From: Bacteroidales bacterium
Lineage (GTDB): Bacteria; Bacteroidota; Bacteroidia; Bacteroidales; VadinHA17
NCBI GenBank assembly: GCA_036743455.1
Contig: DAINPM010000007.1
Location: 3,400-67,399, forward strand
DNA length: 64,000 nt
Direction: 5' to 3'
Shown one piece after another: positions 47,044 through 55,747 of this stretch. The position numbers and the translations under genes were made by a program. The notes beneath the pieces were generated by a model. It ran no database searches, was not told the DNA's origin, and was given only the letters and a program-made list of their open reading frames with translations. Each line of letters begins with the position of its first letter. Position 1 is the first letter of the stretch.

Positions 47044-47179
47044 ATGTCCTGTTCTGTGCAGTTCTTAAACCAACAAAGTACACTCTTTTACTCCACTCAG
47101 ATTTCAGAATGACAGTGAAACAGTAGTTGAGCGAAGTAGAAACATCTATATGAGTGTTGACTGAACCGGCACAGGACAC
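47044..47179 (-). ncRNA. Candidate structured RNA (about 136 nt, four-helix rod-like hairpin), 3' of the class IV aminotransferase gene
   Basis: Nested helices read directly from the sequence, given in plus coordinates:
- P1 47045-52/47071-78: 8 Watson-Crick (WC) pairs.
- P2 47080-85/47152-57: 6 WC pairs.
- P3 47089-99/47128-38: 11 pairs.
- P4 47101-05/47117-21: 5 pairs.
Several internal pairs are G.U only in the minus sense. I recognise no RNA family. Confidence 0.3.
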
Positions 47180-47228
47180 AAAGGATTTGGAAGTCGGAAA
47201 GGCAGGAGTGTAATAATTTTTTTCGTAA

Positions 47229-48062
47229 TTATATCCTTTCTGATCTGAATATCTCCATACTTTCCTCAGCTTTAACAATATACAGCCTCCTCAATTCTGA
47301 GATCAGAGGTATATTAACCTTAAATGGAGTAGTGTCTACAACATAAAAAGGCAAGACCATCGGAGAAGTTCCTGTCATAAACACTGCGTCATAAGAGGTA
47401 ATTTCATCAACATGAACACATTCCTGTCTTATACTGATATTATTTTCCTTACAAATATCCAGAATATATTTCCGGGTTATTCCATTTAAAATAAGACCAT
47501 CAGGGGCTGTAACAAGTGTATCATCTTTCAGAAAGAAAATATTCGACCTGCTGCCTTCTGTAATCTCTTCTTTCTCGTTTACCAGCAGGGCTTCATAAGC
47601 ACTTTCAATTATCAGTTTATGAAAAATTGAAGATCGTAATTTATGATTTATGACTTTTGCCTCAGGATCTTTTCTTTCAGCATTGAATAAGATAGCTTTC
47701 ACACCATCCTGATATTGCTTTTCTGTAGGATAAACAGGTTCAATAAAATACACGAGGTAATTAAGATTATCCCCGTTATAATTAAATACTATTTTCAGGT
47801 TCAGTTCTTTTTTCTTTTCACTCTTTGCAAGTTGTATAATATCCTTTTTGAGAGTGTAATAATCAGCCAGCATATCTTTCATTTGCATCCTCACACTTTG
47901 AGCCAGCCTTTCCATATGATCATGAAAGAATACCGGAATGCCTTTTATCATTCTTATCACTTCGTATATTGAGTCTCCGTCATATACAAGTGAATTATCA
48001 AAAAAATCAGAATTCTCTGTTTTTCCGTTTAAGATGTATTTTTTGCCGTAACACTCAGTCAT
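47229..48062 (-). CDS. Class IV (fold-type IV) aminotransferase: branched-chain/D-amino-acid aminotransferase or aminodeoxychorismate lyase
   Basis: 277 aa. GDSIYEVIRMIKGIPVFFHDHMERL, EGSRSNIFFLKDDTLVTAP, ILNGITRKYIL and VFMTGTSPMVLP are the conserved fold-type IV blocks. Confidence 0.8.
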   Translation of the reverse strand: MTECYGKKYILNGKTENSDFFDNSLVYDGDSIYEVIRMIKGIPVFFHDHMERLAQSVRMQMKDMLADYYTLKKDIIQLAKSEKKKELNLKIVFNYNGDNLNYLVYFIEPVYPTEKQYQDGVKAILFNAERKDPEAKVINHKLRSSIFHKLIIESAYEALLVNEKEEITEGSRSNIFFLKDDTLVTAPDGLILNGITRKYILDICKENNISIRQECVHVDEITSYDAVFMTGTSPMVLPFYVVDTTPFKVNIPLISELRRLYIVKAEESMEIFRSERI

Positions 48063-48159
48063 AATTTTAGTATTTAAAACAAAAGTACTAACAAATAAAA
48101 TCTCTGCGCACTTTTCTGATTATATTCGCAACAGAAGAATACCCAGGATCTATACTGAA

Positions 48160-49533
48160 TTGTATGCAATAATTGACATTGAGACTACAGGTGGCAGCGC
48201 CAGGGCAGAAAGAATAACAGAAATAGCCATTTACCTTCATGATGGACACAATATCACAGGTGAATTTATTTCGCTCGTTAATCCTGAAAGAAATATTCCG
48301 TATTTCATAACAAATCTTACCGGCATTACTAATGAGATGGTTGAAGAAGCGCCGAAGTTTTACGAGATTGCCCGCACTATTGTAGAGCTCACTGAAGGGA
48401 GAATAATTGTAGCCCATAATGCCAGATTCGATTATTCATTCATAAGGCAGGAGTTTAAATCGCTGGGATATAATTTTCAACGGAGAACAATTGATACTGT
48501 AGCCCTAAGCAGAAAACTTCTTCCCGGATACAGTTCATACAGTCTTGGTAATATCTGTAACAATCTCAATATTGACATCAAAGGAAGGCACAGAGCTGCA
48601 GGAGATGCCTTGGCAACAGTAAAGCTATTCGAAATGCTTCTTGAAAAAGACAGAGAAATAAACGGAAGATGTTCATATCTTATCAGAGATACAAAAATAT
48701 CCAAACTAAACCCCAGTCTCGATCACTCTAAAATTGAAAACATACCTGACCAGCCCGGCATCTACTATTTTTATAATGCAGAAGGTGATCTGATTTATAT
48801 TGGTAAAAGCAGGAGACTGCATAAAAGGATCGAAAGTCATCTCTCAAATAACAGCACGGGAAAAGCTATGGAGATGAGGGATAACATAGCTGATATTGAC
48901 TGGGAACTGACAGGCAGTGAACTCATTGCCCTCTTAAGGGAGTCTGCTGAAATAAAAGAGAACAAACCTCTTTATAACAGGGCACAAAGAAGGTCTGGAT
49001 TTCACTGGGGTATTTATTCTTTTACCGACGAGAATGGATATATCAATTTTCGTTATGCCCCAACAGGATCTGACGAAATTCCTCTTTCAGTCTTTTCATC
49101 AAAAGAAACAGCCAGAGCTAAATTGAATTCACTTGTTGAATCATATTGTCTGTGTCAGAAGCTTTGCGGTTTGTATGAAGGAGGAAAGGGCCCCTGTTTC
49201 CATCATCAGGTGGGTATATGTAAGGGTGCATGTTGTGGACAGGAAGAAGTCTCAGAATACAATAAACGGGCAACAAAAGCTTCAGCGGAATTCATTTTTG
49301 ACACTAATAATTTTTTTATTATTGACAAAGGCAGACATAAAGAAGAAAGAAGTGCGGTGAAGATAATGAACGGAAAATATACCGGCTATGGTTACTTCGA
49401 CATAAATAACCTTGGCTTTGGTCTCTCGGCCATTCATGAATGTATCAGGCCGGGAAAAGATAATCGTGATATACAATCTATACTGAAAACATATCTGAAA
49501 AGAAACCGTATTGAAAAAATTTTATATTTCTGA
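48160..49533 (+). CDS. DnaQ-like 3'-5' exonuclease fused to a GIY-YIG nuclease and a UvrC-type Cys-rich region (Cho-like)
   Basis: The Exo I-III motifs are YAIIDIETTGG, VAHNARFDYSF and HRAAGDALATVKL. The GIY-YIG text is PGIYYFYNAEGDLIYIGKSRRLHKRIESH. The UvrC-like text is YNRAQR and GPCFHHQVGICKGACCG. It has a TTG start. Confidence 0.8.
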   Translation: MYAIIDIETTGGSARAERITEIAIYLHDGHNITGEFISLVNPERNIPYFITNLTGITNEMVEEAPKFYEIARTIVELTEGRIIVAHNARFDYSFIRQEFKSLGYNFQRRTIDTVALSRKLLPGYSSYSLGNICNNLNIDIKGRHRAAGDALATVKLFEMLLEKDREINGRCSYLIRDTKISKLNPSLDHSKIENIPDQPGIYYFYNAEGDLIYIGKSRRLHKRIESHLSNNSTGKAMEMRDNIADIDWELTGSELIALLRESAEIKENKPLYNRAQRRSGFHWGIYSFTDENGYINFRYAPTGSDEIPLSVFSSKETARAKLNSLVESYCLCQKLCGLYEGGKGPCFHHQVGICKGACCGQEEVSEYNKRATKASAEFIFDTNNFFIIDKGRHKEERSAVKIMNGKYTGYGYFDINNLGFGLSAIHECIRPGKDNRDIQSILKTYLKRNRIEKILYF

Positions 49534-49594
49534 ATAAGGAGAAAAGTACCTCTGAAAACATTTCTATAGATCGTAAAACATTGATATTATCATA

Positions 49595-49624
49595 TTGATA
49601 TTTTTTTAAATAATCATACTTTTG
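49595..49624 (+). promoter_or_regulatory. Candidate promoter (-33-like TTG, 19-nt spacer, -7 TACTTTTG) for the DUF47-PiT pair
   Basis: TACTTTTG at 49617-49624 matches TAnnTTTG, with aTTG at 49594-49597. It lies 27 nt upstream of the ATG at 49651. Confidence 0.35.
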
Positions 49625-49650
49625 ACCATATTAACGTTCACATCAAGAAT

Positions 49651-50301
49651 ATGGCTCTCTTTACGCGGACAACCAAGAATCTGATCCTGAAAATCGATGA
49701 GTTTTTCGATAATATTGAAATCGGGCTGCTCGTTTTCAGGGAAGGCATCAAATCGTATCTTGAAAAGGATCATGAGGTTTTTTTAAGACACATTCAGAAG
49801 CTTGAAACTTTGGAAAGCAATGCTGATAAGCTTCAGAGGTTAATAGAAAATGAAATGATTACACATTCCATATTGCCTCAGCACCGTGAAGAAGTAGTTA
49901 CGCTCATTGATGCTCTTGACGAAATAATGGATGTCCTTAAAAAATCATTGGATGAATTCAACATTGAATTACCCCAAATTCCGGAATCTCTTAATAAACG
50001 GTTTATTAATCTTACCGATGCATCTATTTCTGCAGCTGAAGAGCTTATACCTGCTGCAAGGGCCTATTTCAGAGCTCCCTATACAGTAAGGGAAAAGCTC
50101 TTAAAAGTTTATTATTTTGAAAGTGAGACTGATAAAATATCGCGAAGTATCAAGACAACTATTTTTCACAATATGAATGATCTGGATCTTGCGACCAAAG
50201 CTCATCTCAGATACATTATCCATCATGTTGAGAATATCTCTGATCTGGCTCAGAAAGCAGCTGACCGTCTTTCAGTAATGTCAATTAAACTGGATATGTA
50301 A
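49651..50301 (+). CDS. DUF47 (PhoU-like) putative phosphate-transport regulator
   Basis: 216 aa, all-helical. ESNADKLQRLIENEMITHSILPQHREEVVTLIDALDEIMDVL and the C-terminal VENISDLAQKAADRL parallel the DUF47 helices of 22207-22857. A 3-nt gap separates it from the PiT gene. Confidence 0.75.
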   Translation: MALFTRTTKNLILKIDEFFDNIEIGLLVFREGIKSYLEKDHEVFLRHIQKLETLESNADKLQRLIENEMITHSILPQHREEVVTLIDALDEIMDVLKKSLDEFNIELPQIPESLNKRFINLTDASISAAEELIPAARAYFRAPYTVREKLLKVYYFESETDKISRSIKTTIFHNMNDLDLATKAHLRYIIHHVENISDLAQKAADRLSVMSIKLDM

Positions 50302-50304
50302 TTA

Positions 50305-51543
50305 TTGCTGATGATACTCTTTTTTTTAACAAGTGGTCTTTTTCTTGGCTGGTCTCTTGGAGCGAATGATGCTTCCAATGTATTTGGGTCAGCAGTCGGA
50401 TCGCGAATGATATCTTTCCGGAAAGCTGCAATAATTTCCTCTATTGCCGTCATTCTTGGTGCTGTAATACAAGGTTCGGGAGCATCTCAGACTCTGGGTG
50501 ATCTGGGAGCAGTAAATGCGTTGGGAGGTTCTTTTACTGTTGCCCTAGCAGCAGCTGTTACAGTTCTTGCAATGACAAGGTTTTCTCTTCCTGTTTCAAC
50601 AACACAGGCCATAGTGGGAGCTATTATAGGTTGGAATTTCTTCACGGGCAACAAAACTGATTCAGCCACTCTAATAAAGATCGTTTCAACCTGGGTAACC
50701 GGACCTGTAATAGGTGCTTTGTTTGCCATTATCCTTTTCCGGCTGATCAGCCTGCTGAAAAAGAAATCACATATTCATCTTATCAGATTTGAATCCCGTA
50801 TACGTACAGGTCTTCTACTGGCAGGGGCATTTGGAGCCTATAGCCTGGGAGCCAATAATATAGCTAATGTTATGGGCGTATTTGTTCCTGCATTCAACCT
50901 ACAGGAACTTGATCTGGGATTTTTTTCGCTTTCTTCAAACCAGCAACTGTTCCTTTTTGGAGGGATTGCAATAGCATCCGGGATTATAAGCTATTCAAAA
51001 AGAGTTATGCAGACTGTCGGTGCAAATATTATGCAATTATCTGCAGAAGCAGCATTGGTTGTTGTTCTTGCTCATTCACTTGTACTTTTTATTTTTTCAT
51101 CAAGCACCCTGTCGGAAATACTTACAAAAGCAGGGCTCCCGGCAATACCTATGGTTCCGGTTTCAAGCACACAGGTAATTATGGGCTGCATCATTGGTAT
51201 AGGACTTTACAGAGGTGTCCGTAATATTAATTTCAGACTGGCGGGAGAAATCGCACTGGGATGGATAATAACTCCAGTCATTTCAGGTCTGATAAGCTTT
51301 TTCTCCCTGTTTTTTGTAAAGAATATTTTCAGTATTAATGTCGGAAATAAAGTACAGGATCATATCGTTTCAGATAATATACAAATAATTGCAGATGAAG
51401 ATATATCTTTGATATTCAGAAATCTTTTATCAGGTATTATTGTAATTCTAATTGTAGCACTTATTTTATACATACTTCTGGAGAATAAGAAAGCCCGTGA
51501 TATAAAACGATCAGATGAGAAATTTTGGCATAGTATCAAATGA
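50305..51543 (+). CDS. PiT-family inorganic phosphate transporter (standard length)
   Basis: 412 aa. Both PiT signature regions are present (LGANDASNVFGSAVGS and LGANNIANVMGVFV) in a multi-TM protein. Confidence 0.9.
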   Translation: MLMILFFLTSGLFLGWSLGANDASNVFGSAVGSRMISFRKAAIISSIAVILGAVIQGSGASQTLGDLGAVNALGGSFTVALAAAVTVLAMTRFSLPVSTTQAIVGAIIGWNFFTGNKTDSATLIKIVSTWVTGPVIGALFAIILFRLISLLKKKSHIHLIRFESRIRTGLLLAGAFGAYSLGANNIANVMGVFVPAFNLQELDLGFFSLSSNQQLFLFGGIAIASGIISYSKRVMQTVGANIMQLSAEAALVVVLAHSLVLFIFSSSTLSEILTKAGLPAIPMVPVSSTQVIMGCIIGIGLYRGVRNINFRLAGEIALGWIITPVISGLISFFSLFFVKNIFSINVGNKVQDHIVSDNIQIIADEDISLIFRNLLSGIIVILIVALILYILLENKKARDIKRSDEKFWHSIK

Positions 51544-51598
51544 AATATAGTTCTATCTGTTGTTCAGACAATTATCACTTGTATAAAATATTATAATT

Positions 51599-53290
51599 AT
51601 GATAAAAAAAGCAGTAATTATGGTGTTAATGCTACCGGTCATGTTTACAGTCTATTCTCAGGACAGGATAACCGGACATGATTTCGCAAGCAGGTCAGAG
51701 GTCATAGCCATGAACGGTATGGCTTGTACCAGTCAGCCTCTTGCCACCCAGGTAGCTTTGGATATACTAAAAAGAGGAGGAAATGCAATTGATGCAGCTA
51801 TAGCCGCCAATGCCGTTCTGGGTGTTGTTGAGCCTACCGGATGTGGTATTGGAGGTGATCTTTTTGCCTTGATATGGAGTGCTGAAAAAGAAAAACTGTA
51901 TGGTCTTAATGCCAGCGGACGATCACCGAGATCCCTTAAACTGGAATATTTCAAAGAGAATGGTTATGATTTTGTTCCGCCTTACGGACCATTGCCTGTA
52001 TCTGTACCCGGATGTGTCGACGGATGGTACGAGATGCATGAAATGTTTGGCAGATTACCGATGAAAGATATTTTGCAACCTGCAATAAACTATGCCAGAG
52101 AAGGCTTCCCTGTTACTGAACTGATAGCATTCTATCTTGATGCAGGGACAAGAAGACTGATGGAGTATCCCAATATCAAGGAAGTTTATATGCCGGGAGG
52201 AAGAAGTCCATCCAAAGGAGAGGTCTTTCGTAACCCTCTGCTGGCAAACACACTGGAAAAAATAGTAATAGGAGGAAGAAATGAGTTTTACCGGGGAAGT
52301 ATTGCGCGAACTGTTGCTGCCTTCATGAAAGAGCAGGGTGGTTTCCTGACATACGACGACATGGCCAGGCATCATTCAGAATGGGTAGAACCGGTTAGTA
52401 CCTCATACAGAGGATATGATATCTGGGAATTACCTCCTAACGGACAGGGAGTTGCCGCTCTCCAGATACTTAATATTCTTGAAGGATATGATATTACTGA
52501 TATGGGATTCGGATCTGCAGAATACATACATCACTTCACTGAAGCAAAAAAACTGGCTTTTGAAGATCGGGCAAAGTATTATGCCGATCCTTTATTTACA
52601 AAAGTTCCGGTATCACAATTATTATCAAAACAATATGCTGCAGAAAGACGCAAGCTCATCCGGTCTGACAGAGCTGGAAGAGTATATGATGCCGGAAAAA
52701 TTGAAGCTGGCAACACTATTTATCTTACAGTTGCCGACAGCCAGGGGAATATGGTTTCACTTATACAGAGCAATTACAGAGGTATGGGATCGGGAATGTG
52801 TCCTACAGGGCTGGGATTTGTATTACAGGACAGAGGCGAAATGTTCAGCCTTGCTCCCGGACATGCAAACGAATATGCCCCCGGAAAAAGACCTTTTCAC
52901 ACAATAATTCCCGCTTTCATAACCAGGGATAATAAACCATGGATAAGCTTTGGAGTTATGGGCGGCGATATGCAACCTCAGGGACATGCACAGATAATTA
53001 TCAATCTCATCGATTTTAAAATGAATCTTCAGGAAGCCGGAGATGCCCCGAGGATATACCATAGCGGCTCCTCAGAACCAACAGGACAACACATGACTGA
53101 CGGTGGTCTGCTGCATCTGGAAAGTGGTTTCAGAACTGAAGTATTACAAAAATTAATGTCTATGGGACATACTATCCAATGGAATCTGGGAGGCTATGGA
53201 GGATATCAGGCAATCATGCGGGATGATAAAAATAAAGTGTGGTACGGAGCCTCAGAATCGAGAAAAGACGGACAGGCTGCAGGATATTAA
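51599..53290 (+). CDS. ggt: Gamma-glutamyltransferase
   Basis: Signal peptide, GGNAIDAAIAANAVLGVVEPTGCGIGGD, an autoprocessing/nucleophile context (GNTIYLTVADSQGNMVS), and GVMGGDMQPQGHAQ. Confidence 0.9.
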   Translation: MIKKAVIMVLMLPVMFTVYSQDRITGHDFASRSEVIAMNGMACTSQPLATQVALDILKRGGNAIDAAIAANAVLGVVEPTGCGIGGDLFALIWSAEKEKLYGLNASGRSPRSLKLEYFKENGYDFVPPYGPLPVSVPGCVDGWYEMHEMFGRLPMKDILQPAINYAREGFPVTELIAFYLDAGTRRLMEYPNIKEVYMPGGRSPSKGEVFRNPLLANTLEKIVIGGRNEFYRGSIARTVAAFMKEQGGFLTYDDMARHHSEWVEPVSTSYRGYDIWELPPNGQGVAALQILNILEGYDITDMGFGSAEYIHHFTEAKKLAFEDRAKYYADPLFTKVPVSQLLSKQYAAERRKLIRSDRAGRVYDAGKIEAGNTIYLTVADSQGNMVSLIQSNYRGMGSGMCPTGLGFVLQDRGEMFSLAPGHANEYAPGKRPFHTIIPAFITRDNKPWISFGVMGGDMQPQGHAQIIINLIDFKMNLQEAGDAPRIYHSGSSEPTGQHMTDGGLLHLESGFRTEVLQKLMSMGHTIQWNLGGYGGYQAIMRDDKNKVWYGASESRKDGQAAGY

Positions 53291-53348
53291 ACCATTGTAT
53301 AAGGAATTATCACACAAACAGCTGTCTCACAACTTCTTTTGATTTTTT

Positions 53349-54497
53349 TCAATCAGTCCGGGCAATAATATCTTCATAAAAGCTGTAAAGCTTCTTGCTT
53401 TCATTTTCCCAGTTAAATTTTTCTGAGGCAATACGGGCATTTTGTTTCAGGTCATTCAATAACTGCCGGTCGTCCCTTAATCTCATTATACCCCTGCTTA
53501 TTTCTTCAGGTGTAATAGTATCAAGAACAATTCCGCATCTGTTGTCTTCCACCATCTTTTTTACTTCCGGCAAGGCACTGGCAATAACAGCTATTCCTGC
53601 CGAGATATATTCAAACAACTTGTTAGGTAAACTGTAATAATAATTGAGATTGGTATCCTTATCAATGCTAATTCCTACATCTGCAACCTTTGTATATCTC
53701 ATCATATTTTCCCATGACAATTTTGGGACAAAGATCACCTTGTCGGATATATTGTTTTCCATGACTTTCTGTTTCATCACATCCAGGATATCACCGGACC
53801 CTACAACCAACAAAGTTACTCCCGGTGTGATACAGATGGCATCAATCAGTTCTTCTCCTCCCCTGTCAATATTTAATCCGCTACCCTGCAAAATCAGGAT
53901 CAGATCCTCCGGTTTTATTCCCAGTTCGTAACGGGAGTATCCTGCAACTGATCCTGAATTCCTGGCCAGGTTGCGAATAACGACAGAACTTATATCATAT
54001 TCCGACTTGTATTTTTCAGCTATTGAATCACTCACAGTGATAACATATTTAAGCCGGGGAAGTATCCAACGCTCAATGGATTTCCAAATCTTCCTGATAA
54101 AAGGACGATTGACAAGTTCCTGGACACCGGTAAAGTATTCATGAGAATCAAAGACGATAGGTTTTTTTTTCAATTGCGAGACCAGGAAATTTGGAAGAAG
54201 GGTATCAAGATCATTGGCAACAAGAATATCATATTTATTAAAAAGCAGATAAAAAAACAGACGTAAATTAAAAGAGGCATAAAAAAGAAAGCCTTTTTTG
54301 AAAAGCATTGTAAATCTTTTTGTTTTGAAAGGAACTAAGTCTTTTCTGCAACAATCGCCAAGCCTCCTTCCTGTTATTGTAACATTACAACCCATTTCAC
54401 GTACAGTATCTGCCATTTTCATAACCCTCTGATCGAAACAGATACAATTAGTTACCGAGAAAACTATTGCCTTTCTATTTTTACCTTCTTGTGACAC
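53349..54497 (-). CDS. Glycosyltransferase family 4 (GT-B fold)
   Basis: 382 aa. The C-terminal half has GSGD…, LPNKLFEYISAGIAVIAS and an EX7E-like region typical of GT4/GT1 retaining enzymes. Confidence 0.8.
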   Translation of the reverse strand: MSQEGKNRKAIVFSVTNCICFDQRVMKMADTVREMGCNVTITGRRLGDCCRKDLVPFKTKRFTMLFKKGFLFYASFNLRLFFYLLFNKYDILVANDLDTLLPNFLVSQLKKKPIVFDSHEYFTGVQELVNRPFIRKIWKSIERWILPRLKYVITVSDSIAEKYKSEYDISSVVIRNLARNSGSVAGYSRYELGIKPEDLILILQGSGLNIDRGGEELIDAICITPGVTLLVVGSGDILDVMKQKVMENNISDKVIFVPKLSWENMMRYTKVADVGISIDKDTNLNYYYSLPNKLFEYISAGIAVIASALPEVKKMVEDNRCGIVLDTITPEEISRGIMRLRDDRQLLNDLKQNARIASEKFNWENESKKLYSFYEDIIARTD

Positions 54498-54640
54498 ATA
54501 GTAAAAGTAGATAAAACCTTTGTATAATTTTCAGGAAAAGGATCACAGTTTATACTTATAAAACGTGTATTTATCAATTCCTGTTCTCAGAAAATCATAC
54601 TCCCCTTATTTAATTTTTCTACTTTTACATAAAAAAGCAG

Positions 54641-55660
54641 ATGTGGATATACCGAAATATTTCACTCAGAAATTACAACACTCTGGGGCTGGATTATCTT
54701 ACTGATTATCTTGTAAAAATAAGAACAGAAAAAGAGGCTGTCGATTTTTTCAGTAAAGGCAATACATGGATAAAACCCGTTAAAATTATTGGGCAGGGCA
54801 GCAATATCCTTTTCACAGAAAATTATAAAGGGACTATCCTTTGTATAGGTCTTGGCGGTATCAGAAAAGAAAAAATCAAAGGGAACGAAATTATAATATC
54901 GGCTGCTGCCGGTGTATTGTGGGATAAGCTTGTCGAATGGACTGTTTCGAAGGGTTTATGGGGTCTGGAGAATCTCTCTCTCATCCCAGGACAGACAGGA
55001 GCTGCAGCTGTTCAAAATATTGGAGCATACGGAGCAGAAATAAAGGATTCAATTATCAGAATTAAAACCGTTTCTGCAATTGACGGATCAATAAAGTATT
55101 TCGACAGGGATGAATGCCGCTTTGGGTACAGAAAATCGATCTTCAAGACATCAGAAAAAGGCAAATATCTTGTCACAAGAGTATATTTCAGATTATCAAC
55201 AGTACCCGTTGTGAGACTTGAATATGGTTCACTAAAAAATGAACTCAAAAAAAGTTTTAAACCCGACCCCTCAATTGTAAGAAAAGCTGTTATCCGCATA
55301 AGGAGAAATAAGCTACCTGATCATGAATTGATTGGCAATGCAGGGAGCTTCTTCAAAAATCCTGTTTTAAAATCCGCTGAAGCTGCAAGAATTAAGGAAA
55401 AATTTCCTGACCTACCCTGTTACACCGAACCAACAGGTGACATCAAACTGGCCGCAGCCTGGTTAATAGAAAAAACGGGATGGAAAGGAAAGCGGCTGGG
55501 TGATGCCGGCGTATATGACAAACAGGCACTGGTATTAGTAAACTATGGCAATGCATCAGGGCAGCAGATATTCGATCTTTCTGAAATGATAAGAACATCT
55601 GTATACGAGAAATTCGGAATCAGGCTTCAAAGAGAAGTGGAAGTAATCGGTGTCCATTGA
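54641..55660 (+). CDS. murB: UDP-N-acetylenolpyruvoylglucosamine reductase
   Basis: LRNYNTLGLD…, IIGQGSNILF, LENLSLIPGQTGAAAVQNIGAYGAE, NAGSFFKNP, and AAWLIEKTGWKG. Confidence 0.9.
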   Translation: MWIYRNISLRNYNTLGLDYLTDYLVKIRTEKEAVDFFSKGNTWIKPVKIIGQGSNILFTENYKGTILCIGLGGIRKEKIKGNEIIISAAAGVLWDKLVEWTVSKGLWGLENLSLIPGQTGAAAVQNIGAYGAEIKDSIIRIKTVSAIDGSIKYFDRDECRFGYRKSIFKTSEKGKYLVTRVYFRLSTVPVVRLEYGSLKNELKKSFKPDPSIVRKAVIRIRRNKLPDHELIGNAGSFFKNPVLKSAEAARIKEKFPDLPCYTEPTGDIKLAAAWLIEKTGWKGKRLGDAGVYDKQALVLVNYGNASGQQIFDLSEMIRTSVYEKFGIRLQREVEVIGVH

Positions 55661-55747
55661 CCAGCTAACTAATTTACTCAAATTAATTTATTCTTTTGAT
55701 TTTTTTGTCATTACCGACCTGTCAGCGATAATTATTCAAATAATAGT

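Noticed and set aside
43880-47059. Shared 12-mer cctgttctgtgc at 43880-43891 and at 47048-47059 (inside the RNA candidate), which might have indicated a repeated element.
   Set aside because: The flanks do not align, and more than a hundred chance 12-mer repeats are expected in 64 kb. I treat it as coincidence.
53334-55706. Identical 16-mer ttcttttgattttttt downstream of ggt (53334-53349) and of murB (55691-55706), both in convergent intergenic regions.
   Set aside because: It is a low-complexity T-rich sequence. For a 64-kb window the expected number of chance 16-mer repeats is already about 0.5 under uniform composition, and higher in AT-rich DNA. Neither copy has an adjacent hairpin.
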